Source of the DNA: Podarcis tiliguerta
Lineage: Eukaryota
DNA: 64,000 nt
Assembly: GCA_965153285.1 (NCBI GenBank)
Contig: OZ229115.1
Strand: one strand, 5' to 3'
The stretch's first letter is position 1, and every line of letters begins with the position of its first letter. Shown here one piece after another: positions 50,084 to 63,200 of the stretch. Under the pieces are notes generated by a model, which had not been told where the DNA came from, searched no databases, and saw nothing but the letters and a program-made list of their open reading frames with translations. Position numbers and translations under genes: made by a program.

Positions 50084-53000
50084 AGTATCCCACCCTTCAT
50101 CCAAAGATCCTAGGATGGTTCACAACAGAAAATGAGAATACATAATATATAATATATAATAAAACTAAAACAAACCAATAACCTCCCAAAACCCACAGGA
50201 AGTTTACACATTGCTACCCCTATCGCTAGCAAGTCATTTTGCCAGGGGTAATGAACTTCCAGCTGCAGATCTAATTAGGCCCCCCAGCCCCAATTTAGCC
50301 CATAAGACTATTTCTGCCAAGCTGCATCCACTTGACATCAGGTGCAGAGGAAATAATAATGGGGTGTGTGTACTGCGCCATGTGTTCTATTATGCAGGGC
50401 AGGCCTTACCTGGCCCCCCCCCTATTTTATTCAAGTTGGCACCCCTGCTGCCAACACTTTCAGCTCCCACTGCTCTGCTGTTTGCTTGCTCAGATACTGA
50501 TTCAAGCAAGGCCTGTCAGCTTACACCACAATCCAATTTTAAGTTTATATTGAGCTTATCTGGTGCACAGAGGGCATTTCAGTTGATGCAGTGGCCCTGA
50601 ACAAACAGGACAGGGCAATGTTCTGGAATTTAAAATTAGGCCACAACTAATTCCAGGTGTAGGTTGAATTTGGCTTAGGCATTGGAGGGCTGGTAGAGGA
50701 CAGGCACATGATAGAGTCAAGACTAGGATTAATGAGTCCTCCCCAAGACACAGGTCTACACGGATGACCCTCCCAAGCCACTGAAGAAAGCTCTGTGGCC
50801 CATCTGCCGTACACCTAAGCTTTTGGACAGAGACTTCCAACTAGACTCCTCTAAGGGGTACCCTCTTATTGCACTGTTCTGTGGTGGCGTTGATGCACCA
50901 CTGCACCCCCCGCCTGATGTTAGACTTAAAGAATTTCATGCAATGGCTTCTCCGCCAAAGTTGTGACCATTGCTATGGGGAGGGCAAATCCAATATTAAG
51001 TTTATACTGAGCTTATCTGGTGCATCAGTGTCCATCAAAGACTCATAAGCAGTTAGGGGGAAATGACAGGTCCTGTTAGGAACCAGTAAGTGTCTACAGA
51101 ACAGGAAGCAGAGAGTAGGAATAAATGGAGAGTTCTTACAAAGAAGGGATATAAGAATAGGATCATGATTTGGATTGGTGTTTTTTAACTTGTTTATAAA
51201 TGGCCAAAAATTAGGAATGAGCAATAAGGTAGCAAAGTTTGCTGACAATACCAAATTGTTTATGACAGTAAGAACAGAAAGGAGCTCCAGAAGCAGCCTT
51301 CCAAATTGGATGAATGAGCAAGTATAAAGTGATGTACATTGGGGTAAAAAATCCTAATTTGATGTATATGTTTTCAAGTTTTGAACTGGCAGTTACTGGC
51401 TAGGAGCAGTGGTGGATAGTTCAATGAAAATGGCAACACAATGTATGACACCTATGGAAAAAATGATTACCATGTCAGGGTTAATTAGATAAAGAATTGA
51501 GAAAAACCGAGCCAATACATATCTTTGGTGCAACTGCACTTGGAGTACTGTGTACTCTGCACATTTCAAAAGGGAGAATTGAAAAAGTTTCAAAACACCT
51601 ATGAGGAAATGTTACAACTGCCTACTAAAAACAGGCTTATAATTTAAATAAGAGATCAGATTTATATGACCTTGTCTAAGAAAGTGCAAGAAGTCTTGAA
51701 AAGCTATATTTAAATCACAGCCACTCTTGTAGACTGGCTTCTTATGCCGTAACAGGATACTAGGCAAGTAAATGTCAGTTATGAAATTTAAACCATGCTT
51801 CGTCAAGTGCAGAAACTGCCTGCTTAAGTCTATCTAAAACTGTTCTCGTATATATGTTTGTGTGTATATATATCTATAGATATAGATATAGATATATAAA
51901 AGAAACTGTAGAACTAATGAAAAATGTATGTTTGGAAAGTAATTTTTAAACAGAGAAGCTAAAACAACATGTTTAAACAAGGAATAATAAATGAACCATG
52001 TATTCTAAAGTGTAAGGAAGGCCTCTAAAGTATAGAGAGATAAGTAAAAATAATAAATCAAGGTACTGGTTTTTTAAAGTCCTAAATTTCCTTGTACCAG
52101 TATACCTTAAGAATCTTGGCAATTCTTCCATCAGGGCAAGCATAGTGTGATTTTGTGTGTATGCATTTTTTTCCATCACCAAACATCTACTGATCCCTTT
52201 TGCTGCTCATAAATAAAGGCATCCATTTATCAAATATTGCTATGCATGGTGTCTATGGTGGTGCACACAGAATCTTAGAACTGTATTGCTGGAAGGGACC
52301 CTGAGGATCATCTAGTCCAACCCCTTGCAATGCAGGAATATGCAGCTGTCCCATATGGGAATCGAGCCTGTGACCTTGGTGTTACCAGCACCATTCTCTA
52401 ACCAAACTATCCATGGATTTTTCCATCTCCCTTTTTATATTGAACTGAAAAAGCCAAACAAGTATGTCTCTTCCTTCATAAAGTAAGGCTACATGATCTA
52501 GCACAATTGTTGGGAGTTACCATCTATATAACCCAAAGACAAGGCAGAATTCTTGGGCTTGCCAATATGAGCCTCCCTGTACTGTAGCTGAAAGCATCAG
52601 CCTCTGGTAAGCTAATTTTTAAGAGCAAAATAATGAGAACTGCTTTTTGTTTTTCTAAAGTAAAATAAAGCTTCATGACAGTCAAATAGGATTTGCAAAA
52701 CCATGCTTATGCTTTGGTTTGTGGGATGCTAAATTATTTAATTTAAAGCGGTGATGGTATTAAGTTTTTTTTAATTAACACTTATAAAATAATGACAATA
52801 TGCATAAATGCTTTGCTAGATAATTCCAAACTCCATCCTCATGCCACACTCCGCAGGTTACAGCATCATGCAGAACCTGCAAGAGGTCTCTACAGATGAG
52901 GCAACTCTGACCTTTATCCAAACAGTAAGTGGAGTTTTTTCTTCTTCTAATACTTGCCTATTTGAAGCTAGGTTAAAGCAGTCATTCACTTTGCACAAAC

Positions 53001-54651
53001 CAGATGTTTCATATGTGAGAGTGTGAAGTAATGTCTAAGGGCTTAGGCAGACACACACAGACTTCTAAGGACTATTAAACACCTTTCCCAGGTGTTAATT
53101 GTCTAAAAACGCCCACATTTGGGGAAATTATTATTCCAAGTATTTATTCTCTGAGTTTCTTCTTTTATAAAATGCATTTGCCAAAGTGTCAGCTGCCAAA
53201 TAAGGAGAGGGGTGCCCCCTGCTAAAATTGTTCCATACAAAATTCCTTTCTCCTCTCTCATCCAGAGGGGCAAAAATACAGGTACATGTTTCTTTTTGTC
53301 TAACCATAACCCCCCCCCCCCATTGCAAGGTAAAACAGCTGAAGAAGATTGTGAGAAATATCCGGGGGGGGGGGGTAAGCAGCCCCTCTCTCACACACTC
53401 AGCTTAGTCTTCCATCACAGAAGGCTACATCTGTGGCTACATTTCGTAAACTAAGAAAACTGGAGAAACTACACACAACTGAGCATCACCATAAGAGCAT
53501 ATGACTTGGCTCTGCAGGGTCAGACTAAAGTCTGTTTAATGCAGCATTCCATTACCAATAGCAGCCATTATGAAAATGGCTTATTTCCCCTCTTCCATCC
53601 CAATCCTTTTCCCATTTATATTGTGCATTTTTAATTTTATTCCTAAGGACAAGGATTGTCTTATTATTTATATTTATATCTATATTTATATTACATTCTG
53701 GGAGCCTTTTTTGCCACTGATAAGTGGGGTAAAAATACTTTAAATAACGGGCATATGCAGTATTTAATCTTCTACCTGACTGCTCATTGTTCCAATATGA
53801 AGAAATCACTTTTTAAAAAGGGGGAAGTTTGCTTCTGATTTTAACCCAGAAAAAACTGTATCCAAGATACTGCAACTTCAGGAAATGTTGCTCAGTGTAA
53901 CCAGTTTTAGAAGCTCCACTTCAAAACTCATCAGTGTACAGTAACCCAGAGCTATAAACTCCAAAAGCAATTTGTGTGGCACATACTTGCATATTTTAGA
54001 ATGCTTTGATCTGTTGAGCTTTTTAAAAAAATCAAAATGGGTTGTATCCAACTAAGGTCCAATCAGAGTAGACCCATGGGAACTCCTGGACCTAAGTTGT
54101 GCTTAGTAATGTCAATGGGTCTACTCTGAATAGAATTAGCATTGGCTACAATCCCTTGTTTTTAACCATTTGACTTTATTATTGACCTAACCCGCCCCCA
54201 AGCCATCTTCCCTTCTCTGAAAATTGTGGCCTAATTGAATAAAATAGATTATAATTAGCATTGTATGTGAGCATACATGGTGTTTTTCAAAGTATAAGGG
54301 GGCAGGCCCCTTTCCTAGGAGGTTACCATCTTAAATTCAGCACACCATGGAGGATGAGGGAGGTGGTGACAGATATGCAAGGAAGCAATATAGGATTGTT
54401 TCACTTAACCATGCTTTGATACAGTTAAAACTGGAATGAAGGGATTATACCATACTTCAAATACGATTTTTTTTTTTAAAGGAGGTGAGCAAATAAATTC
54501 ACTAGCAGAAGCTGGATTGGTAACCCATATGCAAGAGAACTAGTTATGATTATATATTTGTTAGCAGTGCTGGTGTACAGCTCAAGGACCCCATTTTGCC
54601 CCCCAAAGAGCAAGATGATGGACAAATAAAAGCTTGGACTTTGTCTATGAT

Positions 54652-55248
54652 AAAATAAAAAAATCCCTTCCAGTAGCACCTTAGAGACCAACTAAGTTTG
54701 TTATTGGTATGAGCTTTCGTGTGCATGCACACTTCTTCAGATATACTGAAACAGAAGTCACCAGACCTTTATATATATATAGTGAGAGGAGGGGTATTAC
54801 TCAGAAGGGTGGTGGGAATGGGTGATTGGCTGATAGGTGTGGTAAACCTGTTGACAACTGTTAACGACTGCAATTGGTCTTACAGGAAAAAGCAAGGGGT
54901 GAGATGGCTAAAAATAGCTTTATCATGTATAATAAGATAAGAACCCAATGTCTCTATTCAGACCAGGTCTCTCTATGGTTTTAAGTTTGGTAGTAAGTTG
55001 CAATTCAGCAACTGCTCTTTCCAGTCTATTTCCGAAATTATTTGGTAATAAGACAGCTACTTTGAGATCTTGTATAGAATGCCCTGGGAGATTGAAGTCT
55101 TCTCCTATTGGTTTCTCTGTCTTGCGATTCCTGATATCAGATTTATGTCCATTTATCCTTTGAAGAAGTGTGCATGCACACGAAAGCTCATACCAATAAC
55201 AAACATAGTTGGTCTCCAAGGTGCTACTGGAAAGGATTTTTTGATTTT
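54652..55248 (-). mobile_element. Penelope-like retroelement 3' fragment with inverted pseudo-LTR arms and GIY-YIG endonuclease C-terminus
   Basis: Minus-strand frame ~55165-54923 encodes LQRINGHKSDIR...FNLPGHSIQDLKV...RAVAEL...GLNRDIGFLSYY* (R..H, E and GLN motifs of Penelope GIY-YIG). Flanked by ~85-bp inverted repeats (54652-54739 vs 55161-55248, only a few mismatches). Confidence 0.88.
54707..54744 (-). ncRNA. Minimal (Penelope-type) hammerhead ribozyme motif
   Basis: Minus strand: tat-CTGAAGA-a-GTGTGC-at-GCACAC-GAAA-gc-TC-ata. CUGAnGA and GAAA cores, 6-bp stem II, palindromic AGCT in place of stem III, UC cleavage triplet, 3-bp stem I. Confidence 0.65.
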
Positions 55249-55299
55249 GTTTGAACAAAGTGAAATAGTCATGAATGAAATATGTCTCGAATCTGTGCG

Positions 55300-56130
<831 letters not shown>

Positions 56131-57761
56131 GCAAAACGAAATGAGCAGGCATTGCCACCACAAGCCATGCTCCTTGCTTCCTGGTCATCTTTGGGCCTGC
56201 TAATCAGGCTTTGGGTTGTGTTCTGTGCGCTCTGATGGGCTCTGTGCACTAGGCAATAGGCTGTATGCATCATTATAAAGTTTAATTTTTCCTAATCTTC
56301 CTTTCATGCGTCCCCTCCCCATTATTTTGAGTGGAGTGTTGTCAAGATTTGCCAGTGAATGGAACCACAATAGCATTGTGATAAGCGAGAGAAATAGCCA
56401 TGGGAGAATTTAAAATCCTTGTCTAAGTTGGTAGGAAGGGAAAACTAATTCCACACCTGAAGCTTAAATCCCCAAACAAATACAAATTTCTAGTATCAAA
56501 TTCAAAGGAAAAAATTATCCTGCCTACAGAGTTCTCTTTTTTTATCATTCTCTTCCATTTTGTGTTGCCTTAATGACAACCACAAGTGATGTGCTCTAGG
56601 CAAAAAGATGTTCTGAGTGCCCCTTATGAAAATGCTTCTTGTGACTGTGGTGGCTGCAAACAGAGAACGAAGCACCAGTAAAGTTAGAGCAAGTTGGGAT
56701 TGAGGTACCGCTTAGGTAAGTTAATTATTTTTACACACACATCCGTTGCCATTAGAGGGGGGTGTTTGTGATGGCACTCCTCTTGCCTACTGCAAAAGGC
56801 TCGGCAATCTCTGACATTTAGCTTAACCTTTCAGGCATTAGAGATATGGTTTCTCTTGCTTTGCTGCAGGAGTACGTGCAGCTCGTAACAAATCAGTTGA
56901 AAGGTGACCCTCAATTTAAAATAAAGTAGGATTTTTGGAACTTTGCAAATGGACCTAAGTTACCTCTTCATATGTTTGCACAAGCGTGACCTTTTGCAAA
57001 GACCTTGATTGTGCAAAGGCTTGTTGTTATGTTCCTCATGACAGTTAAAAGTCCACTTCTTATATTTTTTAAAACTCTTGATTTCCACCCCTTCCCCCTC
57101 TCCCGAAGGCAGCTTTAATGCCAAGTGCATTGCTAGGCCTCTTGGCATGGTTCTAAAAAGGCCTTGCTTCCCTAGCAGCGAAAATGCTGGCCTCTCGCCA
57201 GCCAGGAACTAAAATGATGATTAGCATAGATTCAAAGAAACTATCCTTCAGGTACATATTTCAAACAAATGTTAATGGGGCATGAGCAATAAGTCAGTAG
57301 GTTTTTCTGTCCTTTGAAAGTAAATAGATTGCCCAATACTATTTAAAGGTTATCTTTCCAAGGGAGAAGGATAAAACTTGTAAGACTGATATCTGGGCTT
57401 CTTTCTTATTCTATCTGTGTACAGGCCTGCACAACCTGAGACCTAGCAACCTGTGCAAAGTTCACCAGCCATGCATTGCAGCCTCACAGACCCTGACAAT
57501 CCTTGTGGTTTCCCAGTCCCAGATAGGGAATCAGTATTGCTGAGTTAAATGAACCCTTGATGGGACACTATGCATCACTACCGGGTTGTGTCACTTGCAA
57601 AGTAATGGGTTTGCATTTCTAGTCTATGGTGATTTCATTTAGTAGTCAAAGTGTGGCTATGCCCGAAACCAATCTAGGATACATAATAACATTTGACACT
57701 TTCAAAATGTTTCACATACGTTATCTAGTTGCAGTACAACAACCCTATTATCCCACTATTG

Positions 57762-57897
57762 CAGGCATAGGCAAACTCTGGCCCTCCAGATGTTTTGGAC
57801 TACAATTCCCATCATCCCTGACCACTGGTCCTGTTAGCTAGGGATGGTGGGAGTTGTAGTCCCAAACATCTGGAGGGCCGGAGTTTGCCTATGCCTG
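57762..57897. mobile_element. hAT-type MITE forming a near-perfect hairpin
   Basis: caggcataggcaaactc...ggccctccagatgttt / aaacatctggagggcc...gagtttgcctatgcctg; TSD cactattg / ccctattg. Confidence 0.88.
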
Positions 57898-58794
57898 CCC
57901 TATTGTAAATGTTGAGCCTGAGGGAGAGTAGCATGTCTAAGATCATCTAAGGAGTTCATTACAGAAGCGGGATTTGAACTGGATATTTACTCTTTTGTAG
58001 CTCAATCTCTTATCATTTGTGCTGCATTTGCTCTTGTCTCCCTCTGCATACCTACTGTACTTGCATTATTTATCGTCCTAATGGTCTAATTATTGAATTG
58101 TTCAAAGGTTTAAAATGCTTGGGCTCAAAATTTGAGTTTGTGTTCAGATGTACTACTGTACATTTTTTTAAAGATGCTACCCCTAGGATAGAAGTGCTTA
58201 CCATTTCTTGGTCTGAGGACGACTTTAACCCTTGGTTAGTCCTTCAGCGGCTTCCTGCCAGTGATGGGTGTGGTCAAAACAGGCACACAACCCCTCCTCC
58301 TCAGCTGATCCAGGGTTACTGCCCCTACTCAGCTCATCAAATGAATGATTTGTTGACTGGGAAAGGCCTTTAGTTTTTTTTGTGGCCTTTTAGAAGTTGG
58401 TGGGATGTTTTTAATGTATTTCTTTTACCTCTTGGTTTTAATGTATCAGTGGACGGTTGCCATGGGCAAGATATGGTGACTAACAAATAAGAGGAGGAGG
58501 AGGAGGAGGAGTAATAGTTGTTCTGAGCTCCAGTGTTGTATCTACATACAGTGTTGTATCTACATCATCCCCACCCCCCTTGCCACTGCTGCCAAAATTG
58601 CTGGAAGCAGGCAGCAGGGGCAGACAAACTGGAGGGGTTGGATCAGCCCCCACCCAACTTGGGGTTAGCTGCTCCCTGCCCTAGGATGTTTTAAGTCCAA
58701 AGTTTGAAAGTCACAAGTACGGGCTTGGAAGCGCATGGATCCTACAGGTGTGTTCAGCAAGAAACTCACTGTTGACAGAATATTTGGTAGCAAG

Positions 58795-59002
58795 CCTATC
58801 AATGGCTGCTTGCCACAATGGCTACATTCTACCTTCACAGTCAGAGGCAGTATATCTCTAAATACCATTTGCTGGGTATCATAAGTGGGGAGTGTGCTGC
58901 TGCACTCAGGTCCTGCTTGCTAGCTGTCCAGTTGGCCACTGTGAGAACAGGGTGTTAGACAAGAGAGGGCATTGGCCTGATCCAGATGGATATTCTTATG
59001 TT
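58795..59002 (+). mobile_element. CR1 3' UTR remnant
   Basis: ctatcaatggct...ggccactgtgagaacagg...ggcctgatccag...ttcttatgtt. Confidence 0.6.
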
Positions 59003-59096
59003 TTGTGTGTTGTTTTTATTTTAGGCATTTATATGCCACTCTTCATACATGCACCTTCCCAAAATGGTGTAAAGTGGCCCTATTTTACAGAATATG

Positions 59097-59099
<3 letters not shown>

Positions 59100-59135
<36 letters not shown>

Positions 59136-59136
59136 A
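59100..59136 (+). repeat. (CA)n microsatellite
   Basis: Seen directly. Confidence 0.95.
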
Positions 59137-60010
59137 ATGTATGCATATAACAGACATTCATTTAAGTTTAATAATGTGCATTGTCCGCTGTGCAAGATTT
59201 GAAGTTGCCCTAAGAAACTTGATAAAGATTACCTGTGCTTTGGATGTTTTTTCTGCCCGACTTAATTATAGCACATGATTAGTCTGTCCTCAGTGGACTA
59301 ATCAAAGAGATCCTAACCAATGTGAATTGCCTTGTTAGCTTTGGAGGTATGCTTCCTAGTTCTGCTGAACTTCATTGTTTGCTTAGCACTTGGAAATTTT
59401 AAACCAAAATGAATAGTTTTTTGGCTGCAATTGTATGCTACTTACATGGGAGTATGTTCCATTTAAGTCAGTGGTGCTTACATGTCTGATGAGCAGAGAA
59501 TTCAATCCATGCTGGCAAAACAGAGTCCTGCATGGCTGAACCCTGCCAGATGTCAGCTGATGGACAAGTAGCTGTGATTTGGGCGAAGCAGGCTTGCAAG
59601 CCAACTTTGATCCTATGGCAGACCAAGATTAGTACCTGGGCCGGAGGTGCTCCACCCCTTCAGTAGAAGATCCAATAGCTGTGGTGATCCCTTTCTATGC
59701 CAACAACTGCATTCCTTTGCTGGTATTCATTTGGGGGTTGTACACCAGGGATGGGCAGAGCTTGAATAGGTGGTGGGCACAGAAGAAAAGAAAACCGGGC
59801 AGGCCACCTGTTCCTCTCTCTTTCTGCTACTTCACTCCCTCCCCTTTTTTTCTCCCTCACTCAAAAACAATAGCATTTTATTAAGAAGCCGCAGCATAAA
59901 AATGGGGTGCTGTCCTTTAAATTTTAATCACCCCCTCAAATGTATAATGGTCTTACAGCAAACTTGTTATTCCTTAACCATAGAGGTCCTTCGGAATTAG
60001 AGCTCTAGAA

Positions 60011-60234
60011 CAGGGTCGGCAAACTGCAGTCTGCTTTCATGTCACCTTTGGTTTAATTTAATGTGAGCACTTAGGAGGGGTGAAGGTGGATGAAAGTAGG
60101 TGAAAAGTAGGGGAAAGCTGCCCCACCTGCTTCTAACACTGGCTTTGTCCACCCCTGGCAGATTGCCCCTGAGAGAATGCAGCCCTATACAGGTTTTTTG
60201 TTTTTTTTTTGAGGTTGGGGGTTCCCCACTCTTG
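60011..60234. mobile_element. hAT-type MITE (degraded)
   Basis: cagggtcggcaaac / ggttccccactcttg termini; TSD ctctagaa / ttctagaa. Confidence 0.6.
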
Positions 60235-63200
60235 TTCTAGAATAAAGTTTTTAGAAAGGAAAGAGTAATATTTTAGATGAAAAGGGATTAGTAGTGCAAC
60301 ACAGCACTAATTTTAAACATTAGTTTTCAGAACACGGGGAAGTGTATATACAGATCTGTTTGAAGAAGGGAGTGCACAAATGGGCAGGCATTAGGATTGG
60401 CTTCAGCTAAATATAAAGGCTGGTTTGTCCAGATTTTGGAAGTATACCCAGGGGACCATAATGGAACATGGCGTGTTTCCAGAAGACTGAGCACTAGCAG
60501 TGCCTCTGCTTATGTCATAGCAATGCCAAGTGGCGAAGGATGAGTAAGAAATTAGGTCACACAGAGTCCTAGTCATCTTCTTTTTGTAATGTGTGTTGAA
60601 GCAATTTCTGTTCAAGCTACATTGAACATACATCTGAGTAAACACACACATTTCTGAATATGCAGTAGAGATAACTTTACATTTTTTAAAAGAAATGGTT
60701 TTCCTCTAGCCAATCTTTGCAAGCCATAGTATTATGCTTGCAAAGATCCCCTGCCGTCCTGAAAACAAATTATGAACTGTTGAAATTAAGACAAGTTTTC
60801 TGTCTGACTTCAAATGAATCTTGTAATTTAGTATGTGGGAGCATAGTTCACAGGGTCTCTAGTGTTGAACAGGCCTTATGCAGCCTTTTGATAGCATCCA
60901 AGGTTGGGTTGCTCCCAAATGTTCCAAAGTCTAAACTGGCACATAAGGAGGCATGAAGTGGGCACATGTTGAAATATACACAGGAGGATTTCAGCATACT
61001 AAATGAGTGAAATGGTAAAGTTAAAGCAACTTTACTAAGTAAAAAAGTGGCTGTGTGAATCAGCATTCTGCCCATGGCAGATCATGCTTTTTGAAGGGAT
61101 ATCTGTGTCCAGTTAGTGTGTCCGAAAATAAATTCATTCTGCAGTCCTTTACTCACTTACCTAGGAACAAATCCTATTGTGCTCAGTGCTGTGTATTAAC
61201 AGTGCAGCTCTATAACATCTACTAAGAAGCCCCACTGAATTCTATAGAACTTAATTCCAGGGAAGAATTGTAGCCTAAGGCTGCACAGACCAGTGCTGGG
61301 AAACCTTTTGCCCAGAGGCCTATTAAGCCCAGCAGCCCTCTTCATTTGGCTCACAAGGGTGTCTTTGCTAAGCCATGCCCAGCTCCTCCATACCTGGCAC
61401 TATATATAGCATCAGTGGTAGGGAGGGTAAAGACAGGACAAAGCACTGTTGATCAACCGTGCCTGCAAAGCCCTGTGCCTTTGCAAGCACCAATGATCTT
61501 TGCCTGACAGTGCACTGTCAGAAACTGTTTGCAGGCGACCATAAACAGAGAGGAGGGATGTCTGTTTACAGACATGGCTTGGATTCATTCTACAGATGTA
61601 AACAGATATTTTTTTCTGCTGATTGGTGCTGACAGCATACCTTCAGAGGAACAAGCCCCTTTGAATTTGTCATCTGATGTCATAATGATGTCATGTGATT
61701 GCCAAATGGGCATTCCCACCCTTTTGTCAAAATTGGCCTACAGTGAGGTGGGAAACCTCCACCCATCAATGAGGTACATAGCAGAATGAGTCTGGGTTCA
61801 TTACTATGCCTAGAATTGAAGGTTAGAGATGCTTTTCACTAGGTGTAACAGTCATAGCCACTTTGATCAGATATTGCTAATGGCCTGCTGTATGACACTG
61901 GCTTTGACAGTTGTTTGGGAAATTTAGCTTTTGCAGAATCCATTGACTGATTCTAAGCAGGCGGGGACTGTAGTCGGGCACTGACAGCACATGCCCCAGA
62001 ATCTACATGCATTATGGGCAATGGCCATTTTATGTTGGGGTTATGTTCCAAAGCACTGTGTGCTTAAGTGTAAGTGTGTATATTGGGAGCACCATTGAAA
62101 AAGCCTGCAAACAGCACAATCACTCTCTCCAAACTTCCTTGCTCAAACTCCAACTCTCCACAGACATCAACGGTTGGTGCAAGGGCTCCTGGGATTGCAC
62201 TTGCAAAGGCTTCTAGGATTGCTAGGCACTGTTTTTGCTCTGCTTTTGCCCTCTCTCTTAGGGCTCTGTGGCTGTGCACATATTGAATGCGTGTAAAATG
62301 GCCGTGTAAAATGTACTAAATACCTTCCAGAACAGTTCAAGATGCAGGATCTTGACCTGTTAAACCATAAATGGCACAACTTACCTAAAATGTCACAGTG
62401 TCCCCTCAGTCCCTTTTATTTGTAATGTTTAATATAAACCAAGAATACCCTTGTAAATTTAATTAGTGCCGTGTTTGGACAGCAAAGGTCTCTACATTGG
62501 CTTTCCTGGCAGGCTGCTTCAGGAGAGCTGCTCTTTCCTTTTCCCAGGAGCAACAGAGACAGAGCTACTTCCACTACCTCAAACACGACAGGAAGCTTTA
62601 AACCACCCAGGGAGTAGGTGGGAACCAGTGACACAACAACTAACTCTCTTTAAAGCCATTAGGATAGATTACTCACCCTATCTGCATTACTGCTGAGAGA
62701 AGAGAGACTTGTTCAAAAAGCACCCAGGACTGCCACCAGGGGGAGCCAAGTTATATTCTATCAGTTGAATGAGGATGCTTTTCTGAATCAAGCAAAGCTG
62801 TATCCGGATTAGTAATTAGGGGCGTCTGTAGGAGGTGGGGACAACAAGGACAGTTGGCCATATGTTCCAGATTCCTTGCTTTCTTTCCTTTTTTTTCAAA
62901 TAAAAAATTGTGGGAATTGAACTGGAAGGCCAAAAAACTTTTAAAAAGAAAAAATTCTGGAGCCGTAGAATGTACCAAGTTATTGAAAAATGAAAATAAT
63001 GAGATTATGAACACATGCAGATTGCTGCAACAGTTAGCTTATACATGCAATGCATAACCCAATGTGACTTGAAAATTATTTTTAGTGAGATAAACACTTC
63101 TGCACCTTCAGACTTGGAGGATTGCAATGAAATTGTTTTAAAGATCCTAATGTTAGCCTTTCTTTTTATTGTCAGCCATCCTAACTTCAGAAGTAGTGTT

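Larger units (their letters stand above)
48720..51600 (+). mobile_element. Old, fragmented CR1 LINE with multiple nested insertions
   Basis: Remnants KLVESIV...QHGFCK..SCLTNLLEIFE (49880-50020), KFADNTKL (51230-51260) and LEYCV (51540). Confidence 0.7.

Noticed and set aside
56871-56879. Hypoxia response element (TACGTG) in PGM1 intron 1
   Set aside because: A single 6-mer is expected by chance; no supporting evidence from the sequence alone.
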